From Emiliania huxleyi CCMP1516 (Eukaryota), in assembly GCF_000372725.1 (NCBI RefSeq), contig NW_005201213.1, positions 1-64,000 of the forward strand: DNA of 64,000 nucleotides, given 5' to 3'. This document shows positions 37,520 to 49,495 of this stretch, piece by piece. A program made the position numbers and the translations under genes. How positions within the stretch are numbered: the first letter of the stretch is position 1; the number at the start of each line of letters is the position of its first letter. The notes under the pieces are model-generated. The model had not been told where the DNA came from. It worked only from the letters and a program-made list of their open reading frames with translations, and searched no databases.

Positions 37520-37964
37520 CCTGCCCGAGAGACTGGCGTGCGCGCGGAAGCTCAATGGCTCGATCACCTCCTCCTTCTGGACGGCGAGCTGGATTCAGAA
37601 CCAAAAGTAAAAGACTAGTATGGTGTTGGTGTTCCATGCGTTCTGTCTTCTTTCGCTTCATCTGTTGTGAGAGCGAGAGAGTGTGGAGTTCGTCCATTTC
37701 GCGTTTGGTTCGGTGAGCTTTCAAGCAGCTTTGCGATTGCGTATGATCCGTATGTATTGTCCTCAAAAAAGCTCAATCGCGAATCGGATTGTGAAATTTC
37801 TCAGTCTTATGAATTGGCCGAATCCACTCTCCGCTCTCCCTCCCTAAACGCTAAAGGATTTAAGGGGGCCACGTGTTTTGTCACCGTGAATCGCGTGTAA
37901 CACCGGTCACGAACCTGGAGAAGAAGGGGGGGTCACCAAAGCAGAACGGCGCCAGCTCTGTCAC

Positions 37965-39926
37965 TCAGTGCATTCGCTGCAGGAGCAGCAGGGACGGCGC
38001 GGGGCTGCCGCTCCGCTTGGAGCGCTGGTTGATCCACTGCGACGAGAGCACGGACCAGCCTCCCTGCGGCAAGCGCGCGGCGTGCTCCAGCACCGCCTCC
38101 GCCTCCCTCGACCCCTCCTCGTGTCCCGGGTAGAGAGCGACGCTCACGCACCCGCCCGGCGCAACCGCAGCCTCTGCCGCGCTCATCGCGCGCACGGTGC
38201 CCTCGGCGGTCGTGACAATCGACTTGTCGCCGCCGGGGAGATAGCCGAGGTTGAAGACCACGAGGTCGGCGCTCCCCGCCGCCAGCCCCTCGAGCAGGGC
38301 CGCGTGGTCGCCGCACCTGTGTGTGAGGTAGGGTGAGGTAAGGTAAACGTCTCCACACACACAAAGTGGTGGGGCAAGGGGGGGCGACCCTCGCATCTCC
38401 ACACCCGGACACGGGCAGGAGCCGGCACGGCATTCAAAGTGCAAGCACCGGCCCGGTGCGTGTGTGTGCGGCACCTGTGCGTAGGTCCCCCCCCCCCCTN
38501 NNNNNNNNNNNNNNNNNNNNNNNNNNNNNNNNNNNNNNNNNNNNNNNNNNNNNNNNNNNNNNNNNNNNNNNNNNNNNNNNNNNNNNNNNNNNNNNNNNNN
38601 NNNNNNNNNNNNNNNNNNNNNNNNNNNNNNNNNNNNNNNNNNNNNNNNNNNNNNNNNNNNNNNNNNNNNNNNNNNNNNNNNNNNNNNNNNNNNNNNNNNN
38701 NNNNNNNNNNNNNNNNNNNNNNNNNNNNNNNNNNNNNNNNNNNNNNNNNNNNNNNNNNNNNNNNNNNNNNNNNNNNNNNNNNNNNNNNNNNNNNNNNNNN
38801 NNNNNNNNNNNNNNNNNNNNNNNNNNNNNNNNNNNNNNNNNNNNNNNNNNNNNNNNNNNNNNNNNNNNNNNNNNNNNNNNNNNNNNNNNNNNNNNNNNNN
38901 NNNNNNNNNNNNNNNNNNNNNNNNNNNNNNNNNNNNNNNNNNNNNNNNNNNNNNNNNNNNNNNNNNNNNNNNNNNNNNNNNNNNNNNNNNNNNNNNNNNN
39001 NNNNNNNNNNNNNNNNNNNNNNNNNNNNNNNNNNNNNNNNNNNNNNNNNNNNNNNNNNNNNNNNNNNNNNNNNNNNNNNNNNNNNNNNNNNNNNNNNNNN
39101 NNNNNNNNNNNNNNNNNNNNNNNNNNNNNNNNNNNNNNNNNNNNNNNNNNNNNNNNNNNNNNNNNNNNNNNNNNNNNNNNNNNNNNNNNNNNNNNNNNNN
39201 NNNNNNNNNNNNNNNNNNNNNNNNNNNNNNNNNNNNNNNNNNNNNNNNNNNNNNNNNGCCCAAATGGAGGGGGGTAGGGGGGTAGGGGGTCTGCACAGAT
39301 CCCGCGATGCTACCCTACCCTACCCCCTCACGTCTCGAACCCCGCTCCAGTGTGGCCCCTCTCCGCCGCCAGCGTGCAGGCGGCGTGCGTGCTCCGGCCG
39401 CTGGCGTGGCTGCCTGTGCTTGGGCTGTGCGTGGCCTCTTGATCTCTATCTGTGCCGCACCGAAAGTCGAGCTCGAGCAAACCGGAGGACGGCAGCGCCT
39501 CGAGCCGCCTAAGGTTAGGTCAGGTCAGGTCAGGTCAGGTCAGGTCAGGTCAGGTCAGGTCAGGTCAGGTCAGGTCAGGTCAGGTCAGGTCAGGTCAGGT
39601 CAGGTCAGGTCAGGTCAGGTCAGGTCAGGGCAAACTTCTCCGCACACACAGAGTGGTGGGGCAAGGGCCAAGGCAACCCTCGCATCTCCACACCCCTGAC
39701 ACGGGCAGGAGCCGGCACGGCATATCAGAGCGCAAGGCGCAGTGCACATGGGTGGGCAGCCTGCCCCTCCCTCTCTCCACAAACCAACTCCCCCGCACAC
39801 ACACACACAGGGAGGGGGAGGGGGAGGGCAAGGATGCCTTCTCCACACGCACAGGCGCCGTGCAGCGTTCAACAACGTGCAAGGCCCGGTGCGTGGGTGA
39901 GGTGTGTGTGTGTGTGCGTGTGTGTG

Positions 39927-39991
<65 letters not shown>

Positions 39992-40140
39992 GTGCGCGCG
40001 TGTGCGTGTGGGGAGGCGGTGGTGGTGTGTGTGTGTGCGTGTGCGTGCGCTGCGCCCGCCTCCGCGTCGCATCGACGGCGCGCTGCTGCAGGTCACACAG
40101 CAACAAGCAGCCCGCGGCGCCGCCACTCTGCCCGCCACCG
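37965..40140 (-). CDS. YtqB/MnmM-like SAM-dependent RNA methyltransferase, 5'-truncated or partial
   Basis: [16 protein letters not shown]...[39 protein letters not shown]. Exons ~40140-40060, 39508-39461 and 38316-37965. The N-terminal DATxGNG motif was not found. Confidence 0.75.
38325..38452 (-). mobile_element. SINE/LINE-tail-like repeat family B, copy 1 (others at ~39515-39723 and ~41668-41794)
   Basis: Shared core GGCTCCTGCCCGTGTC..GTGGAGATGCGAGGG..GCCCCACCAC..TGTGTG..GGAGA.GTTT followed by a CCTNA-type tail. Confidence 0.7.
39515..39723 (-). mobile_element. Repeat family B, copy 2, with (CCTGA)n tail of ~22 units
   Basis: Core match to copy 1. The (TCAGG)n array at ~39520-39629 forms its 3' tail on the minus strand. 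Confidence 0.7.
39902..40010. repeat. (TG)n microsatellite, intronic
   Basis: Directly visible. Confidence 0.95.
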
Positions 40141-41667
40141 GCGCCCCAATAGAAGGTGCGTGGAGCCGAGGGCCTAATAATGGACCCTCATAATGCGCAC
40201 TTAGCGATTTCGCGATTCATGCCGGATGCTTCACGGCGCGCCCCGGCCTAATAACTAGGCCTCATAGCGACATGTCGGTCAAGGATCTCGGCGCGCCCAT
40301 GCCGGCANNNNNNNNNNNNNNNNNNNNNNNNNNNNNNNNNNNNNNNNNNNNNNNNNNNNNNNNNNNNNNNNNNNNNNNNNNNNNNNNNNNNNNNNNNNNN
40401 NNNNNNNGCCGGCCTTCCCACAGCCGGCTGCCGACCGGCTCCCCCCTTGTAGAAGGCGAAAGACCCGTGTCGGTTGTATAGTCCATGGGCGGCCCCTCGG
40501 CGAGTGTGTGCCCCGAAGTCCTAAGTGTGCGGAAAACGGACGGCGTTGCGAGGGATCGCCCCCTCTCTTGAGGTTTTTAAACCCCTCCTGCCGTTTATGG
40601 GAAGCGTCTGGAAAGAGTCACCTCCCATGCCCCCCGGAGAGGCCAGCCGCCCAGAGGGGGAGACGAAGTCCGGCCGCCGCCCGAGGGTTTACGACCCCTC
40701 CAACAAGTCGCGCGGGCGGGGGGGGGGGGCTGGCGGTTGTGGGGCCGTGGGGTTGCGCGTGCGGTGGGTGCGGTGGGTGCCTGGGCCATCCACGTGGCCT
40801 CGGAGGCAGGAGGGTCGCCCTCGTCACCGTAGTAATGTCTCCACACCGCCAGTGAGAGCATGCGGATAGAGCAATACGTTGGAGGGGTTGCAATCCTCGG
40901 GCGGCCGCAGGACTCCGTGGTGGTGGGTGGCGGTTGGGGGGTCTGGGGAGGGCTGGTGGCACCCACCTCCATCACCGACGTCTCGACGCTCTGGCGAGCC
41001 TACGCGAGGAAAGAGAGGGAGCGCGTGGTGCGAAGGGTGGGGGCCGGATATGCAGCGGCGCGACTGCGTCTCGCATCGGCTCCCTCAGCATAAGGTTTCA
41101 GCAATTTCTTGGCGGGGCCAGTTTCAGGGTAATTTGGTTCAGTAGATCCTTCACCGGGAGCGGAATGTGCGTGCGGATTTGAGTCTTCCGCGCCGGCGGC
41201 GGCGAGGCCGCAGGGGTGGCGAGGCAAGCTGCGGCGGTGCGACTGGACCTGTTGTGTGCCCTCCCGCAGCAGCGAAAGGAAGAAATTTTTCTGGCGAAGG
41301 GCAGGTGGGGACCCTGTCCTTTCTCCCACCCCCTTGTTTGGTGTGTCCATTTTCCGTCGTAACTTATTTATCGCTCGTCGAATGCGAAACCAGTTCGCTC
41401 GCGACGCCGCCGCCGCCGCCGCCGCCGGAACGACCGACCGCGGCGGCCGGTCGAGCGGCCGCCCCGGCCAGCGGCCGTATCGAGCCTGCCCGTCGCGAAG
41501 GTGCCCCTTCGACCTCGCCTCGCTGCTTGGTGTTTCTGAACTAGTGGGGGTTGTGTGCGGGTTGTGTCTGGGAGGGAGGGAGTGAGTGGGGTGCAGGTTT
41601 GCTCACCCACGGCACCGGGAGCACTTGGAGCACTTGGAGTCCGGGCCGGTGCTTTTTTTTGTGTTGT

Positions 41668-41794
41668 CCGGTGCTTGCACTTTGAGTGCCGTGGGGCTCC
41701 TGCCCGTGTCCGGGCGTGGAGATGCGAGGGTCGCCCCCCCTTGCCCCACCACTTTGTGTGTGTGGAGACGTTTACGTGTACCTTACCTCACCTG
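41668..41794 (+). mobile_element. Repeat family B, copy 3
   Basis: Reverse complement of 38325-38452, ending in CCTTACCTCACCTG. Confidence 0.7.
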
Positions 41795-41998
41795 GACACG
41801 GAAACACACACACAGGATTCCGTGAACAACTGTGCGTCGGAGCGTCCGGGAACGTGGCCTGGGGCTACGCCTGGGGCTACGCGTGAGCAGGCACATCGCA
41901 GCCCCCGGCCACACCGCCTCGCTCCCCTACCGCCGCCGCACCCGCCACCGCCAGCGCGGTAGACAGCCGACCCACCAAGCGGGCATGCTCGCAGGTGA

Positions 41999-42622
41999 GA
42001 GGTGTGACTGATGATTGACTCTGTGACTGCCTCCTGCTCACACGGGCGCCCAAGCATTTTCGAGCCTCCCGTCCGACGCGCTGCCGAGGCTGCCCTTCAC
42101 GTGTGAGGGCCACACAACCTCCTACGAAGGCGAGACGGTGACGGGGTACACGAGCTCTTACGAGACGGAGAACGGCGTCACCACATGCTGCGATCAGGCA
42201 CGCGCGAACGGGGCGATTTGCGGTTTTGAAGTTGTATGGCTCGACCTGCGTCCAGTACCTCGGGACACGTTGCACCCTCGCGCCTGCCCCCCGCTGGCTC
42301 TCTGATACACTCCCCGGACTCCGCGAGCGTCAAAAACAGTGCGGCAGTCGTCGACGGGCAAGCGTATCCGATTATCCAATCGAATGGAGACTTTGACGAG
42401 GCCGCTGGCGCAGAATCGATTGCCCAATCTAATGGAGACTTTGACGAAGCCGCTGGCGCAAGCTCCTATCGTCCCTCTCCCGGCGCGATCAAGGTGTCAT
42501 TGTGTATCACAGCCCGGTGTAGTGCCTCGGTAACCGCAGAACTTCCAAAGAGCGTCATGAAAGGACAGGCACTGCAACTGGAGGCATTTTTGACGAAATC
42601 ACCGGCTGCACTTACTTCAATA
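41999..42622 (+). pseudogene. Truncated, frameshifted copy of a secreted Cys-containing protein gene (paralog at 48102-48702)
   Basis: ~620 bp of near-identity to 48102-48702, with 1-bp indels near 42026, 42232 and 42307. Internal 48-bp-period repeat QSNGDFDEAAGA x2. Confidence 0.7.
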
Positions 42623-42927
42623 GAAAGGCTGCTTAAGTAAGGGGAATCAGCCTGCAGTAAGTAAGTATTCATTCATGGAAAAAAAGCTTGCAGAGATAAG
42701 GGGGAGCAAACGTGATTAATTTTGTATGTATCTCACTCAGGGAAGAACAGTCTGTGGCGCAAACGCGAAACGCTCCTGCCATCACAGTGCTCGGTCGGTT
42801 CATCTCTTTACACTTTAGCGGTGTGCTGCTAACAGCGTATGGGCAGGCAAGACACATCGACAAATCTCGAGCGTGACAAGAGTGCTCCAGAGCGGTCCAG
42901 AGATCCGCCAACCTCATTCGAAGCACA

Positions 42928-43377
42928 ATGCTAGCTCTCCAGATGCCCTTCCCGCGCCACGACCTCTTCGACCTGGTCGACGCATTCGCGCACACCCCGC
43001 CACGCTGCCACTCCTCCGAGCTCCGCGAGACCGAGGACGCCTTCCACCTCGCGTTCGAGGCGCCCGGCGTCCTGCCGTCGGACGTCGACATCACGTTGGA
43101 CGAGGGGGTGCTCCGCGTGAGGGGTGAGTCCAAGGTCGAGCGCAGCGGCCTCAACTACTGCGGCAAGATCCACCGTGCTGTTGCTTTGCCCGCTGAGCGC
43201 ATCGACCCAGAGAAGGTGCAGGCCACGCTGGAGCACGGCTTGCTGCACGTGACGGTCCGCAAGCGGGCGAGGGCCGAGCCCATCAAGGTTCGGGTTGCGA
43301 CAAGCCAGCCCGCCGCCGAGGAGAAGGCCGATGGCACCACCGCCGCCGAGGACGACGCGATGGACGGCGTCCAGTGA
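42928..43377 (+). CDS. Small heat-shock protein (HSP20/alpha-crystallin), 149 aa
   Basis: ETEDAFHLAFEAPGV..DVDITLDEGVLRVRGE, RAVALPAERIDPEKVQATLEHGLLHVTVRK, plus an IKV (IxI-like) tail. Confidence 0.92.
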   Translation: MLALQMPFPRHDLFDLVDAFAHTPPRCHSSELRETEDAFHLAFEAPGVLPSDVDITLDEGVLRVRGESKVERSGLNYCGKIHRAVALPAERIDPEKVQATLEHGLLHVTVRKRARAEPIKVRVATSQPAAEEKADGTTAAEDDAMDGVQ

Positions 43378-44376
43378 GGCGCCCCGTGTGCGCGGCGGCC
43401 GGGGCCGCGGCGCGCGCCCCAAGCGCGCGCGCCATATAGAAGTCTTGATACTTGAAGTGTGTGGGTCTGTGCTCTCTGACTCTGTGGTAGGGGGTACTGT
43501 GCAGTGAAATAGTCGTGGTGCGCTGTGTGAGTACCAGAAAAATGCAGGGCTTAGCGCCCAGAGCTCCACGGGACCACGCTCAGTGCCAAAGGAGCCGTCG
43601 CCCACCCCCCGCCGCGACTACTCGCTGCTCCCGTCGGAGACGCCGGCGCAGGCGCCGTCTCCGGCGAGTGCCTAGGCGACTAGCGGAGGCGGAGGCGGCG
43701 ACTGCGACCAGTCGAATCAAGGTGGGGAGAAAAAGAAACAAAGTCTCCCCCGCTCAAGCCCGCCGTCGACCTCTTTGCTAACGCCGGCTCCTCGGCCGCC
43801 GGCCCCTCAGCCGCGTCCCCCCACGCCGCATAGGCACCAGCAGGGCCCCCGCACCACACCCGCACCACATCGCACTGTTCCGAACGGGGCTCGGGGGTCG
43901 AACTCTCGAACCACGGGGCGAACTCTCACGGACGGGGGGAAAGTCACTAAGTTAGAGAGTAGTAGGTAGCACGCCAAGCCGGTGCGGCTCGACCACAGTG
44001 GGGGAGGTGCCTGTGTCACCTAGTTGTGTACGGACGATGTATGTATGTAGAAAGATGAACAACAGTCAGGCTCGGACTGGACACCAACGCGGTATGGGTG
44101 GACGCGGGACAGATGATGACGACACGCACGAGCGACACACAGACACAAACAGGCTCACAAGACACACAGCCAGCGGGCTGCCACACACCCTGAGTTGGCG
44201 TACACATAACTCAGGGCCACATTCTCCCGGTCGCCCCCCCCCAGCACGAGAGCAAAAAAAGAATGATGTCCCAGCGTCCTGGTCGCGTCCCAAGCTGAGG
44301 ACCTGCTGCCGCGTCTTGCAGTCGTGTCGAGGCCGCGGACAACCGCGTCCCACGCCGACACGTGCACGCAGCCACC

Positions 44377-47300
44377 ATGATCCAGTTCGACGAGCACGGC
44401 TTTCGCCGCCGGGTGGAGGAGGCTTTGGTCACGCTGCAAAAAGTGCTGCACTCCACGCGTCGGCCGACCTTCGCACTCGACGTACCGCACTCGTACGAAG
44501 ATAAGTACCTTCTCGCCGAGTTTGTTACCAACTGTGGCCTCGCCGCGCAGTGCACCTGCCTCGAAGCGCTTGGCGTGGGCACCCAACAGCTTGCCACGCT
44601 CGTCGAGTGGAGCGCGAGCGAGACTGTCACCCTGCGCCTCGCCGGGCGGCAGCGCTGCACCTTCCTCCGCGAGGAGGAGCGCGAGGTCGAGTCCACATCC
44701 AAGGTCGTCAAGGAGAGCACTATCTTCGGCAAGTCCGAGCAAAAGGTGGTCACCCGGGTCAACGAGTGGTTCTGGAAGATCGACGTGGAGTGGGAGCTCG
44801 TTGCGTACGCCGGCACGATGGGTGGCCCGCGCCAGCTGCGGCTGCAGGGGCGCTCGGGCTCGGCCCAGCTCAAGACGACAACGTCGGCGACGCCAGAGCC
44901 CGCCGGCCAGGTCGAGTTCATCCCGACAGAGGTTCCGATAACCTGGCTGCTGCAGCAAGTCAAGCTGCCGGGGGGACTGGTGGGAGCGGCGCACGTTCTC
45001 AGCTTCAAGATTGACCGCGACGCCGAGGGCTGCCGCACGCCCCGGCGCAACCCGCAGGTCGAGGCAGCGCTGCACGCCGCTCGCGAGCTGTGCGCGTGGT
45101 CGAAGAGGGTCTGCCAATTCATGAACCAGCGCATCTTCTCCAAGGCGGAGCGCTGCGCAAAGGTGCAGGCGCACACCGGCCGCGGCTTCCTCGCCTTGAT
45201 CGCCTCCACTCACCAGCCAAGCGAGCTCTTTGTGCCAGTCCTCCCCCTCTTCGAGGCGCGGGCGGCGGAGGAAGAGGCGGACGCAGCCGGCGGCGACGGC
45301 GACGGCGGCGACGGCGACGGTACGCTCGTGAGCGTCACCGCGGCGGCGGCCGAGGCGGCGTCCACCCCGGTCCTCCGCATCGGCGACATAAACGCGATGC
45401 TGGCTGAGCAGCGGCGCGCATTGGAGGCCAAGTGGGCCACGCTCGCCGACGCCTGCCCGCCAGCGGACGACGGCTCCCTCCTCTCGCCCGTCGAGCTGAA
45501 GCTCTCCATCGCGGTCAAGCACTTGGACGACTGCTGCTCGCAGCTCTCGCAGGGCGTCGACTACATCGAGGCGATGCTCAAGAAGCAGCTGCTCGACGCC
45601 GTCGGGCGCTTGGTCACTCCCGCAGACTTCCAGCGGTACATGGACTTCCACGGCCAGCGCCTCTTCAAGCCCGAGTATGCGCCCAAGCCTTTCTGCTTCG
45701 CCGTCCGCCGCCCCGACCACTACCCCGAGGGCACGCTCACCATCGAGCACCTCTCGCCGGACCGCTCGCGCGGCGCAATCCACACCAGCGGCGCAATCCA
45801 CACCATCTGCCGCCGTGTGGCCGAGCCGGTCGCGCCGATGAGCTTCGCGCTCGACGCGGCCACGCGCGTCAGCTTTACCGGCGAGCGCTTTGTGCACGCG
45901 TACCTCGCGCACCAGTTTGGCGACCCGCCCTCCCCTCCTCCTTCACCACCGCCACCGAACTGGCGGTCTCCGCCCGCGCCGTGCACCAGTTCCGGTGCGT
46001 CGGTACTCATGCTGGGCGCACGCGCGCGGCAGTTCTCCTCCTTCATGCTGCTGCTCGGCCGCATGGGACCGGCAGGCACCTTCGAGCAGAAGCACGCCCT
46101 CATCTTGCAGAACAAGGACGCGGTCGACATCCCGCTGATGCTCGAGGCGCTGCCGTCGGCGACGGAGTTCCGCGACGCGATCTCGAGCCTGTCGCCGGAG
46201 CAGCAGCGCTTCGCCAAGGCGTACCGCGCGATGCAGCTCGAGGGGTCCGTCTTCGGCATCCTCGTCATCCAGCTCAAGCCGCAGCTCGAGGCGCTGCTCA
46301 AGCTGCCCCACGACGCGCTGACCAAGGAGATCGCGCTCACGCAGCAGCTGCTCGACCTCTTCATCCAGTACCAGATCCCGTCCGACCTGCTCACCTACGC
46401 CGGGCCCGCCTCTGCGTCGCCCGAAGAGAAGCTCGAGGCCGTGCGTGGGCACGTCGCCGCCATCTACAAGATGGTCGAGGCGGCCAAGGAGGGCGAGCTG
46501 CATGCCGCCAGGCAGCAGGCGATGATGGAGCAGCCATTTCATGAGTACGCGGAGTCGTTTGGTGACACGAGCGCCGGATTCTCCCTCTTCCAATGCGGCG
46601 ATGCATCAGCGAGGTCGGCATCACCGCCGGATTCACCGCCGCGCCGCAATGCCCGCAGCATCCAGCGCACAGCCAGCAGCGCCTCTGCCGCCCCCCCACC
46701 CCGCCATAGCGCTGCCCAGAAGCGCGTCCGGATGCCGGTCGCTGCGTGCGCAGCCGGGGCGGCACCGCCCGGCTGTGGCCCGCCCCCACCGCCCGGCGCG
46801 TCGTTTCCGGCGCCAACCGCAAAGGCTACGCCAGCGCCCATCGCCGGGCCGGCGGAGGCGAAGGCGAACGACGACGACTTCGACACGGCGGACGACGTGG
46901 CGTCCGAGCTCGACTACACCAAGATCCCCTCGACGCTCGACGCGAAGCTGCTGACGGCGGAGGGCGGCGCCGCGATCCGGCCCACGACGATTAAGGTGGG
47001 CGAGACGTGGACGAAGCGGTCGCAGAAGGCGCTGCTCGGCAAGCCGAAGGAGGAGGCGCTGCACACCGAGGAGCAGCAGCGCGAGAAGCAGGCCGCCTTT
47101 GACCTGCTCGACGCGCTCTCGTGCTCGGGCGCGCTGCCGATCGCGTGCTGCTCGCTGCACGTCGTGGTCGCCGCCACGCACGCCTTCGACCAGTCGCTGC
47201 TCGACACGGTGATCCAGCAGAACGTCAACCCGATCGAGAAGCTCGAGCGCTCGTCGCTCCTCGTCGCAACGACGATCCACGACGCGCCCGCGGGGCGGCT

Positions 47301-47406
47301 GCTGCGCGACGAGGTGCGCGAGCGCGTCGCGCGCTTCGCAGCGCCGGAGCTCCTCGGAGGCGACGCTGCCGCAGCGGGCGAAGGCGCGGTCGCTGATCTG
47401 CCGTAG
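44377..47406 (+). CDS. Hypothetical protein, 1009 aa, intronless
   Basis: GCCACCATG context, long ORF with strong GC3 codon bias, globular N- and C-terminal parts separated by Pro/Ala linkers. No function recognised. Confidence 0.8.
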   Translation: MIQFDEHGFRRRVEEALVTLQKVLHSTRRPTFALDVPHSYEDKYLLAEFVTNCGLAAQCTCLEALGVGTQQLATLVEWSASETVTLRLAGRQRCTFLREEEREVESTSKVVKESTIFGKSEQKVVTRVNEWFWKIDVEWELVAYAGTMGGPRQLRLQGRSGSAQLKTTTSATPEPAGQVEFIPTEVPITWLLQQVKLPGGLVGAAHVLSFKIDRDAEGCRTPRRNPQVEAALHAARELCAWSKRVCQFMNQRIFSKAERCAKVQAHTGRGFLALIASTHQPSELFVPVLPLFEARAAEEEADAAGGDGDGGDGDGTLVSVTAAAAEAASTPVLRIGDINAMLAEQRRALEAKWATLADACPPADDGSLLSPVELKLSIAVKHLDDCCSQLSQGVDYIEAMLKKQLLDAVGRLVTPADFQRYMDFHGQRLFKPEYAPKPFCFAVRRPDHYPEGTLTIEHLSPDRSRGAIHTSGAIHTICRRVAEPVAPMSFALDAATRVSFTGERFVHAYLAHQFGDPPSPPPSPPPPNWRSPPAPCTSSGASVLMLGARARQFSSFMLLLGRMGPAGTFEQKHALILQNKDAVDIPLMLEALPSATEFRDAISSLSPEQQRFAKAYRAMQLEGSVFGILVIQLKPQLEALLKLPHDALTKEIALTQQLLDLFIQYQIPSDLLTYAGPASASPEEKLEAVRGHVAAIYKMVEAAKEGELHAARQQAMMEQPFHEYAESFGDTSAGFSLFQCGDASARSASPPDSPPRRNARSIQRTASSASAAPPPRHSAAQKRVRMPVAACAAGAAPPGCGPPPPPGASFPAPTAKATPAPIAGPAEAKANDDDFDTADDVASELDYTKIPSTLDAKLLTAEGGAAIRPTTIKVGETWTKRSQKALLGKPKEEALHTEEQQREKQAAFDLLDALSCSGALPIACCSLHVVVAATHAFDQSLLDTVIQQNVNPIEKLERSSLLVATTIHDAPAGRLLRDEVRERVARFAAPELLGGDAAAAGEGAVADLP

Positions 47407-47879
47407 TGAGAGCGCGCCGCGGCCCACTTGCACCATAGCGGTGCTTCACATGAGCATGAGGCAGCAGGGGCCGTCTCATGGCACGGTGTGGCGCCCCCTG
47501 CTTCTGGGGCGCCGAAACTAGATATGCCTCACTCTCTTGCTCCTGCTTGGGGGCCAGGCCCAGGGTTGGGGGGAGTAGAGATGGTTGGGCATGGTGACTA
47601 CGTTTGCCTTTCGTACAATGTCATGTGTGTTTGAGTAAACTACGCCGGGAAACTTCTCTCAGTCCACACCAAGACCAACCTGAACCAAAGCCGAAACCAC
47701 CACGTCGACCTTGCCATCCTGCGCAGCTGGCGCGCCGCTGCTGCAATCTTTTTCGGCAGCGCGACGTCCTTTACGAACGACACGACGAGGGCCCGTCGAA
47801 CCCTTGGCGACGCGTTGAAAAATCCCCGTGCCTAGTAGTTTTCGGGGCCCGAGCTCGGGTGCGTCTGGTTTCTTTTTTT

Positions 47880-47927
47880 TACCTGTTTTAGTGCCAGTGC
47901 GCGCCAGTCCCGTGCCCAGTGTTGTGC
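47880..47927 (+). repeat. Dispersed repeat family A, copy 3
   Basis: TACCTGTTTTAGTGCCAGTGCGCGCCAGTCCCGTGCCCAGTGTTGTGC. Confidence 0.85.
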
Positions 47928-48113
47928 GAGCGCCATGTGTTTTCAAATTCTTTTTTTAGTGCGACACTGGTGCCAACCTCGGCTCACAAACCTTCCGACT
48001 AGTGTTTCACGATACCGCCAACGGATGTTCGCCCTTTTCGTCGCCGTCGCGCTCTCCTTTCACGCTGCGCGCCGGCCAGCGGCGCTGATCGGCGGCAAGC
48101 GGAGGTGTGACTG

Positions 48114-49495
48114 ATGATCGACTCTGTGAGCTGCCTCCTGCTCACGGGCGCCCAAGCATTTTCGAGCCTCCCGCCCGATGCGCTGCCGAGGCAGCCCTTC
48201 ACGTGTGAGGGCCACACAACCTCCTACGAAGGCGAGACGGTGACGGGGTACACGAGCTCTTACGAGACGGAGAACGGCGTCACCACATGCTGCGATCAGG
48301 CACGCGCGAACGGGGCGATTTGCGGTTTTGAAGTGTATGGCTCGACCTGCGTCCAGTACCTCGGGACACGTTGCACCCTCGCGCCTGCCCCCCGCTGGCT
48401 CTCTGATCGGACTCCCCGGACTCCGCGAGCGTCAAAAACAGTGCGGCAGTCGTCGACGGGCAAGCGTATCCGATTATCCAATCGAATGGAGACTTTGACG
48501 AGGCCGCTGGCGCAGAATCGATTGCCCAATCTAATGGAGACTTTGACGAAGCCGCTGGCGCAAGCTCCTATCGTCCCTCTCCCGGCGCGATCAAGGTGTC
48601 ATTGTGTATCACAGCCCGGTGTAGTGCCTCGGTAACCGCAGAACTTCCAAACTGCAACTGGAGGCATTTTTGACGAAATCACCGGCTGCACTTACTTCAA
48701 TACAATTCACTTACAGCGGCGACGGCCTGCGAATTCTCAAGGTCATCCGAGGGCGGTTTCAAACAAAAACTCACAGAGAATTTTCCCAGTGGCCAAAAGA
48801 CGAAAACGCTCTTTGTCAAATGCTGCTCCGGGACACCAACAGAAGGTACAATTTCGGCGGTTCAGGTAGGCGAGCCATGGTCCTATCTCAATTTCCTAGG
48901 TAAGGGATGGGTGGTTGCAACCACCCAAATGCTGGGTTCTATCTCAATCACGAACTTTGATGGTACAGCCATTACCGGCAGCACTGAGTTGGTCCAGGGG
49001 CAGGCAAAAGGCCTCAAAGTTGCCCTGAATGTACCGTCTGTGGGTGACACCACTGTCAACCTCGTGTTCAAAGAAGACAAAGCTGACTGCGCGTTTGGAG
49101 CTAGTGCAGGGGATCTTTTCCCTGCATCGGCTACTTCTCTTCAAGCCAAGATAGTCAATAACGAGCAGACGGCAAACTTCTATGTGAAGTGTTACGATAC
49201 TGCATCTACTTCTCTGGCCAGCAATTTTGTAAGCGGCGTCAACGAATACCCCACGGCGGCAGTTACTGCGGTAATGACAGTGCGAGAAAACGTCTTCCAT
49301 CCACCCTCGAACGAGGGCTCGGGCAAGGACCTAGACTCGGAGGACCTCACCCTCCTCCTCCTCACCCACACCCTCCTCCTCCTCACCCTCCTCCTCCTCC
49401 CCCTCCCCCTCCTCACCCTCCTCCGCCGCCGCCGCCGCCTCCTGCCACACCTGGGCCATCGGAAGCCGGATACAGTCAACCGGAGTCCGGCTAGT
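48114..49495 (+). pseudogene. Frameshifted gene for a secreted beta-rich protein with poly-Pro tail
   Basis: Signal-like MIDSVSCLLLTGAQA and a Cys-rich N-domain. Protein-like frames switch at ~48408, ~48650 (22-bp deletion relative to the other copy), ~48900 and ~49345. Confidence 0.55.

Noticed and set aside
43865..43935. tRNA-like GTTCGA motifs (also ~31645)
   Set aside because: I could not build a cloverleaf, acceptor stem or A-box.
44155..45912. 585-aa minus-strand ORF
   Set aside because: Antisense shadow of the 1009-aa gene.
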